DNA of 64,000 bases, from assembly GCA_013285645.1 (NCBI GenBank), contig JABDHJ010000011.1, forward strand, positions 544-64,543, written 5' to 3'. Of the stretch, positions 59,001 through 64,000 are shown one piece after another (position 1 is the first letter of the stretch; the number at the start of each line of letters is the position of its first letter). Source of the DNA: Verrucomicrobiota bacterium. GTDB lineage: Bacteria > Verrucomicrobiota > Verrucomicrobiia > Methylacidiphilales > UBA1321. The notes under the pieces are model-generated. The model saw only the letters and a list, made by a program, of their open reading frames with translations. It did no database searches and had not been told where the DNA came from. Made by a program: the position numbers and the translations under genes.

Positions 59001-59758
59001 GGCGTGGCTGCCTTTTGAGCTGCTTCCAGAAGCGCCTGGATATTCGGCCAGTTGACCGCCAAGCTGCCGTTCTTGTTCGGATGGGTGCCATCCGGAAGCA
59101 TGACCTGGAAATTGGCGTAATCCTTTTCCTTCATCTCCTCCCATTTCACATAATTATCAACCAAGACGAGCTTATGTTCGGTGGCATAGTTGCGGTAATT
59201 GTCATAAAACGCATTGAGCTGAGGCCGACTGGTCGCGGCAGTGGTAAAGCCTTTGGGAGCATCCCAAAAAACATTCATGGTTTGCAGGACTATGGCGACC
59301 TGGGGATTCTGCTGTTGGATGGCGGTGACTATTTTATCGAGATTGTCCTTGGCGTGTTCCACCGTCAGCTTGAACCGGACGTGCGCGTCGTTGGCGGCAA
59401 ACTCGATGAACACCAGGTCGGGATAATGATCGAGTACTTGAGGTTGAAGCTCCTTAAGACCCCAATCTGAATTCTGACCGGGTCCGCCGCTGTTAACGAC
59501 GGTGACCAAGCCAGGATATTTTTGGTCAAACCACTGCTGCATGGCCGTCACCCAGTAACCGTATTTCGTGACGCTCGTTCCATAAGTCACCACTGTCTGC
59601 TTTTGTCCGGATTGCAGGTGCTTAAAAAAAGCAATGAGTGCCGTGTTGGGAGCCGTAACCTTAGTTGACCCGGGACTAGGCGCGGCCTTGGTCGCATCGT
59701 CGGCCAGGGCAAGCGGGCAAAAGCTCAATATGAGCATGAGATAGAGCAGTTTTTTCAT
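58997..59758 (-). CDS. SGNH/GDSL hydrolase, exported
   Basis: Signal peptide MKKLLYLMLILSFCPLALA (ATG 59758); YGTSVT, NSGGPG, EFAAND, DGTHPN. Confidence 0.87.
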   Translation of the reverse strand: MKKLLYLMLILSFCPLALADDATKAAPSPGSTKVTAPNTALIAFFKHLQSGQKQTVVTYGTSVTKYGYWVTAMQQWFDQKYPGLVTVVNSGGPGQNSDWGLKELQPQVLDHYPDLVFIEFAANDAHVRFKLTVEHAKDNLDKIVTAIQQQNPQVAIVLQTMNVFWDAPKGFTTAATSRPQLNAFYDNYRNYATEHKLVLVDNYVKWEEMKEKDYANFQVMLPDGTHPNKNGSLAVNWPNIQALLEAAQKAATP

Positions 59759-59876
59759 ATGATGATTTTGACCGAGGATAAATCCAATGCGCGGATGGCG
59801 GTTCCTTTTCCAGATAGTCGACACAGGGAAGATGCCGAAGACTTCAGACCTCTCTACAGGACACCTGACAAAGTGC

Positions 59877-61850
59877 TTAGGCGTTTTTGGAACGACGCGC
59901 GCGCTGGAAGATGACCAGCAACGCGAATCCACCCAGCATGAGGGCCCAAGTGCCCGGTTCCGGCACCGACGCGACCACCACATCGAGATTGATATTGCTT
60001 CCGCTCAGCTGGAGGAATGAACCGCTATACATGGTCTGTGTTACACCATTAACGTCAAAGACCAGGGTCAATCCCGAGATCACACCGCCCGTAACAGAGT
60101 AGCCGGTGCCGCTAAAGGGAGACGTTCCGGCTGTATCGGTAAACAGATCATACAACGTCCCATTGGCGATAGTCGTGCCGCCCTGCAGATTAAAGGTCAG
60201 GGTATTGGTACCGTTGAAAACGACACTTGAAGTCGCTCCCAAATCCAGGACATTGCTCGCGGTACTGCCCGTGTTCAGGTTGAACGAGAGATTCGCTCCG
60301 CTGAAGGTGGTCGAGGTCGAGGCCGTTACATGGAGGATATTGGTCGTGTTGGTATCCGCCGCCGAGGTCTGGCCGATCAATACGTTGCCGTTAATCGTGT
60401 TGGTCGTGCTGGTGATCGTTCCCGCACCGGCAAGAGTCGCACCGGTGGCGACCGATACGGCACCAGTGCCTGTCGCCGAGCCGGTGGTGTTGGAAACCAC
60501 CAACGTACCTCCGGTTATGTTCGTGCCGTTGCTGTAGGTATTCGCGCCGCTTAACGCCCATGTGCTGGACCCAGATTTGGTGACCGCTAATGTATTCGTA
60601 CCACTATTATTGGCGATGATCCCACTGATGGAATTTTTGGAGGCTGTTCCATCGAGAATGAGTGTTCCTCCCGTAAAGGCGTCAGAGTTGGTGAACGTTC
60701 CAATCGTCAAGTTTCCCGTTGTAGGAACCAAGGTATAATTCACACCGGCAGCACCGCCGGTGATCGAAAAGCTTGCGAGGTTAAGGGAATAACCATTGCC
60801 GCCCGTGACGTCAATCGTCCCATTACGAATGAGGGTGGTCACACCGGCAACGGAGATCGTCTTGTTTGTGCCGGTTCCTCCATTATTATTCACGTCAAAG
60901 GTGTAGGTACCGCCGCCACCTGATTCTGACAGATTCATGCTAGTCTGAGTGGTATAATTTGAAAAGAGGGTCAGCGTTTGGGCGGAGGAATCGTTCTGGC
61001 CGTTGAAACGCAGTTGGAGCGTACCGACTCCCGAAGTGAATCCGACCGCCACAGTACCCGTGCCGGGACTACCGAGCCCCCCGTTGCTGCTATTGATATT
61101 GGCATTCGTATCCCCTGCTCCATAATTGGTGGTATCCGCCGATGCGGTGATCGTGCCCCCTGTGCCGAAACTGACACCGCCCGTAAAGGTATTCACGCCC
61201 GTCAGGGCAACCGAACTGGAGGAACTGTTTTTTTGAAATTTACCCGCGCCAGTAATGTTGTTGGTTATGGTCCCACTTGAGCCTCCACCTTGGTATGCCA
61301 GAATAGCACCCGAGCTAATTGCAACGTCTCCCGTACCCAGCGACCCCGTATGACTGCTATCGCCAATAGCGAGTGTCCCACCAGTAATGTTCGTTCCACC
61401 CGAATAGGTATTGGCTCCGTCCAAAACCAATACCCCGGTGCCTGCCTTCGTAAGACCGGCTGTGCCGGTTATCGTCAAATTCAAAGTAGCAGTGTCGATT
61501 CCCGTGTTGCTATTCACGGTAACAGTCGAAGGCCCCGTAAGTGTCAGGATATTCGCGCCAGTTCCGGTGACTGTAACATTGGAAGCCGTGGAGTTGAGGT
61601 TACCAAAGGTCAATGTGGACAGCGTATGGGGCTGATCAAAGGTAATAGTGGCGGTTGCACCCCAGGCAACCTGGCTGAAGTCCGCCCCAAAGCCCGAACC
61701 GTCCGCCACCGTTCCGCTGGACCAATTGCCGGTGACACTCCATGTGCCACCCGATGCATTACTCCACTGCCCATTGGCGGCATTAGCCGACAAAGAAGAG
61801 ACAGAAATCAACGCAATGGCAACGGCGAGCTTAAAGAATGAATTTTTCAT
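59877..61850 (-). CDS. PEP-CTERM protein with autotransporter-associated beta-strand repeats
   Basis: Signal peptide MKNSFFKLAVAIALISVSSLSANA (ATG 61850); LTKAGTGVLVLDGANTYSGGT repeats; VPEPGTWALMLGGFALLVIFQRARR. Confidence 0.9.
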   Translation of the reverse strand: MKNSFFKLAVAIALISVSSLSANAANGQWSNASGGTWSVTGNWSSGTVADGSGFGADFSQVAWGATATITFDQPHTLSTLTFGNLNSTASNVTVTGTGANILTLTGPSTVTVNSNTGIDTATLNLTITGTAGLTKAGTGVLVLDGANTYSGGTNITGGTLAIGDSSHTGSLGTGDVAISSGAILAYQGGGSSGTITNNITGAGKFQKNSSSSSVALTGVNTFTGGVSFGTGGTITASADTTNYGAGDTNANINSSNGGLGSPGTGTVAVGFTSGVGTLQLRFNGQNDSSAQTLTLFSNYTTQTSMNLSESGGGGTYTFDVNNNGGTGTNKTISVAGVTTLIRNGTIDVTGGNGYSLNLASFSITGGAAGVNYTLVPTTGNLTIGTFTNSDAFTGGTLILDGTASKNSISGIIANNSGTNTLAVTKSGSSTWALSGANTYSNGTNITGGTLVVSNTTGSATGTGAVSVATGATLAGAGTITSTTNTINGNVLIGQTSAADTNTTNILHVTASTSTTFSGANLSFNLNTGSTASNVLDLGATSSVVFNGTNTLTFNLQGGTTIANGTLYDLFTDTAGTSPFSGTGYSVTGGVISGLTLVFDVNGVTQTMYSGSFLQLSGSNINLDVVVASVPEPGTWALMLGGFALLVIFQRARRSKNA

Positions 61851-62211
61851 TTTGTTCCAGTTTCCGTGAGTTCGCAGCCACGTCTTGTCGGCTGTAGCAA
61901 CAATCGTCTTTGTTGCATTCGAGTCAACCCAAGCGTGTATTGATAGCGTTCGCACCTCGAAACCATAAAGTATTTGGGGCTCTAGGTGGTAGTACCGTTC
62001 TGTTCCGTATTATGTCAATTACCGATCAGTAATGTCAGGGGAAATACCCTGCCAGCAATCACATTCATCGATTATTCCGGTCTTTGGCGGCGCGATTTGG
62101 ATCGAGCAAGAGCCTTGTTCCGCTCCTATAAGATTATCGACAAAATTGACGTGGCCGTATTACCCTTCTTCTTTGTTACAATTGCCTTCCCAACCGAAGG
62201 CTCCGGAGCAT

Positions 62212-63165
62212 ATGCAGCTGGAAAGCATTAAAGAATCTGTCCCACCCCTGCTTCAGGAGGTGATGAAAATGCTTGAAAGGGAAACAGGGCTTTTTATGAG
62301 CTTCGATGACCAGACCGGCTTTTTGATGGGGGTACATATCGATGTTCCCGCCATGAATCTGGACTATACCCACCTGATTCATGATTGTTCATTCTGCCTT
62401 TTTGCCAAAAAAAATCCGAGCCTGGCCAAGGACTGTCACCGTAATAAAGTGGTGAGCAATCGACTGGTGATTCGAAGCCAAAAGGGGCTTGATGGGTTCT
62501 GCCATCTTGGCCTGCTCGACCTGGCCGAACCCCTCGTTTACCAAGGGAAAGTTCTGGGCGTTTTCTATTACGGCTCCGTCCTCGTGCGGGAACAGGAGAA
62601 GATGACCCATGCGCGCATTCGCCGTTACTGTGCGCGGCGCAAGATTGATTCCAAACCTTACTTCGCGGCCTTGAAAAAAATAACGGTCATTGATGCCGCA
62701 TCGATTCCGCGACACCAGCAAGCCCTGCGCACCGTCGTGGCGTTGGCACATCATTTATGTGAAAGCGGGGGCGTCCGCGCGGATATCTACAAGACCCGCA
62801 AGCTCACGGTGCCCATTACGGATCCGGAAGAGACGCCTTATATCGTGCAGGAGACAATTCGTTACGCCAGCACGCACATGCACGAATCGTTTAACGTCAA
62901 AGATCTCGCGATCCACCTGCGCTGCCATCCCGATTTTCTAAGCCGAAAATTCAAGGAGTGTACCGGCCACAACCTGAGCACCTATGTTTTACAAATCCGC
63001 ATTGATCGCGCCAAGCATCTGCTGGAAAATGCGAAGATCGGAATCAAGGTCGTGGCCGAGCAGTCCGGCTTTCCCGATCGGGCCCACTTCAGCAAAGTCT
63101 TCCGCCGCATGACCGGCGTGACTCCGGGGCAGTATCAAAAGAACATAGGCGTCAAGGCAACCTAG
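62212..63165 (+). CDS. AraC-family regulator with PocR-type sensor domain
   Basis: CSFC...DC...CHLGLLDLAEPLVYQGKVLG (PocR-like); C-terminal FLSRKFK...RIDRAKHLL...GFPDRAHFSKVFRRMTGVTP; ATG at 62212 preferred. Confidence 0.9.
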   Translation: MQLESIKESVPPLLQEVMKMLERETGLFMSFDDQTGFLMGVHIDVPAMNLDYTHLIHDCSFCLFAKKNPSLAKDCHRNKVVSNRLVIRSQKGLDGFCHLGLLDLAEPLVYQGKVLGVFYYGSVLVREQEKMTHARIRRYCARRKIDSKPYFAALKKITVIDAASIPRHQQALRTVVALAHHLCESGGVRADIYKTRKLTVPITDPEETPYIVQETIRYASTHMHESFNVKDLAIHLRCHPDFLSRKFKECTGHNLSTYVLQIRIDRAKHLLENAKIGIKVVAEQSGFPDRAHFSKVFRRMTGVTPGQYQKNIGVKAT

Positions 63166-63191
63166 TCCCAAGTGATCCGCTGTTATTGTCG

Positions 63192-63980
63192 TTAGTGACC
63201 AACCGCGCTTTCGAGTTGCCGCGAATGATCGAGAAACTTATTACTGGCCGAAGAGGCCTTGGCCGCAGCTGACGGAAGGACAAGATCGGTCGTAGGAGGA
63301 GGGCCAAATGCAAAGGTATAAAGTACGCCCGAGGCCGCATACTTGATGGGCATCTTGGTGGCCACATTGATCCAAGCTTCGGCAAAGGTGCTTCCTTCCG
63401 CCGGAAAGACATAGTGATAACAGGGAATCTTATCGAGGAAGACCACCTTGTCGTAATATTTCAATTTAACCCAATCGAGTCCGGGAAAGCCGACCGACTG
63501 AGCGAGATTGCCTCTCTCCGCTATCGCCTTGACCAACGGGCCATGCGGATCTCCGGAATCGGGAACGAGCATGCCGAGATCAAAGACAACGACGTTCCCG
63601 GTACTTTCCACCTGGAGGACAGTGTTGCCTGTGTACCAGAACTCCATCGATGGGTGGGACTTATAGACCAGGATATCCTGCTTGAGCGTACCGGTTTTGA
63701 CCGATTGAATTTCTGTAAGCGGATTGGCTCCCGGGCTGAACGCGGGAGCAGCATTCGGCGTCAGAGGAGCATTAGGTGCGGGACTAGCGGGATTGAGTCC
63801 GCTGTAATCCAGCGTAATGGCCCATTGCGCTTTGTCTGGAACCGGCGCAACGAAGGGAGCTGTCGGAGGGGGAATGTCCGCGAGATTATCCGTTGTCTGG
63901 CCAGAAGCGGACAGCATTGCCAAGAGACTGCAACCAAGACCAAGCAAACAGGAATGGAACACTTTTTTCATAAAGTTCAT
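63192..63980 (-). CDS. Exported hypothetical protein
   Basis: Signal peptide ending ASG-QT; Pro-rich linker; ...AEAWINVATKMPIKY...YTFAFGPPP; no function recognised. Confidence 0.75.
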   Translation of the reverse strand: MNFMKKVFHSCLLGLGCSLLAMLSASGQTTDNLADIPPPTAPFVAPVPDKAQWAITLDYSGLNPASPAPNAPLTPNAAPAFSPGANPLTEIQSVKTGTLKQDILVYKSHPSMEFWYTGNTVLQVESTGNVVVFDLGMLVPDSGDPHGPLVKAIAERGNLAQSVGFPGLDWVKLKYYDKVVFLDKIPCYHYVFPAEGSTFAEAWINVATKMPIKYAASGVLYTFAFGPPPTTDLVLPSAAAKASSASNKFLDHSRQLESAVGH

Positions 63981-64000
63981 GGCTAGTCGGCTACGGGCTC

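Overview
Chromosomal window from a GC-rich bacterium, most likely Verrucomicrobiota (four-gene Verru_Chthon-type prepilin cassette, three PEP-CTERM proteins). In order: an edge-truncated GT-C-like membrane protein missing from the ORF track; a stand-alone nuoIJKLMN block; a GT4 glycosyltransferase, RRM protein, FAD oxidoreductase, orphan polysaccharide-export protein, double DUF3857/transglutaminase protein and autotransporter. Next is a ~15 kb same-strand accessory locus: SGNH esterase, sulfatase, class A acid phosphatase, GH92, Tat phospholipase C, PEP-CTERM protein and minor-pilin cassette. It is followed by a NarL/LuxR two-component pair facing a PEP-CTERM beta-strand-repeat protein, a fumC-thrE-poxB-mqo-cupin operon, a decayed tmRNA/tRNA 3'-end copy, a complete Wsp-type chemosensory operon, an SGNH hydrolase, a third PEP-CTERM protein, a PocR-AraC regulator and an exported hypothetical protein. 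Best leads: (1) the GH92 has Gln at the general-acid position, as in mannose-1-phosphate uncapping enzymes, and sits between a phosphatase and a phosphodiesterase; this operon shares an identical 12-mer upstream motif with the pilin cassette, suggesting a pilus-linked phosphoglycan utilisation locus with no TonB/SusC gene in the window; (2) the Wsp system has a replaced receptor sensor domain and a hybrid kinase instead of the WspR GGDEF output. No rRNA, intact tRNA, CRISPR array, integrase or transposase was seen. All family calls are by-eye motif recognition, not database searches.
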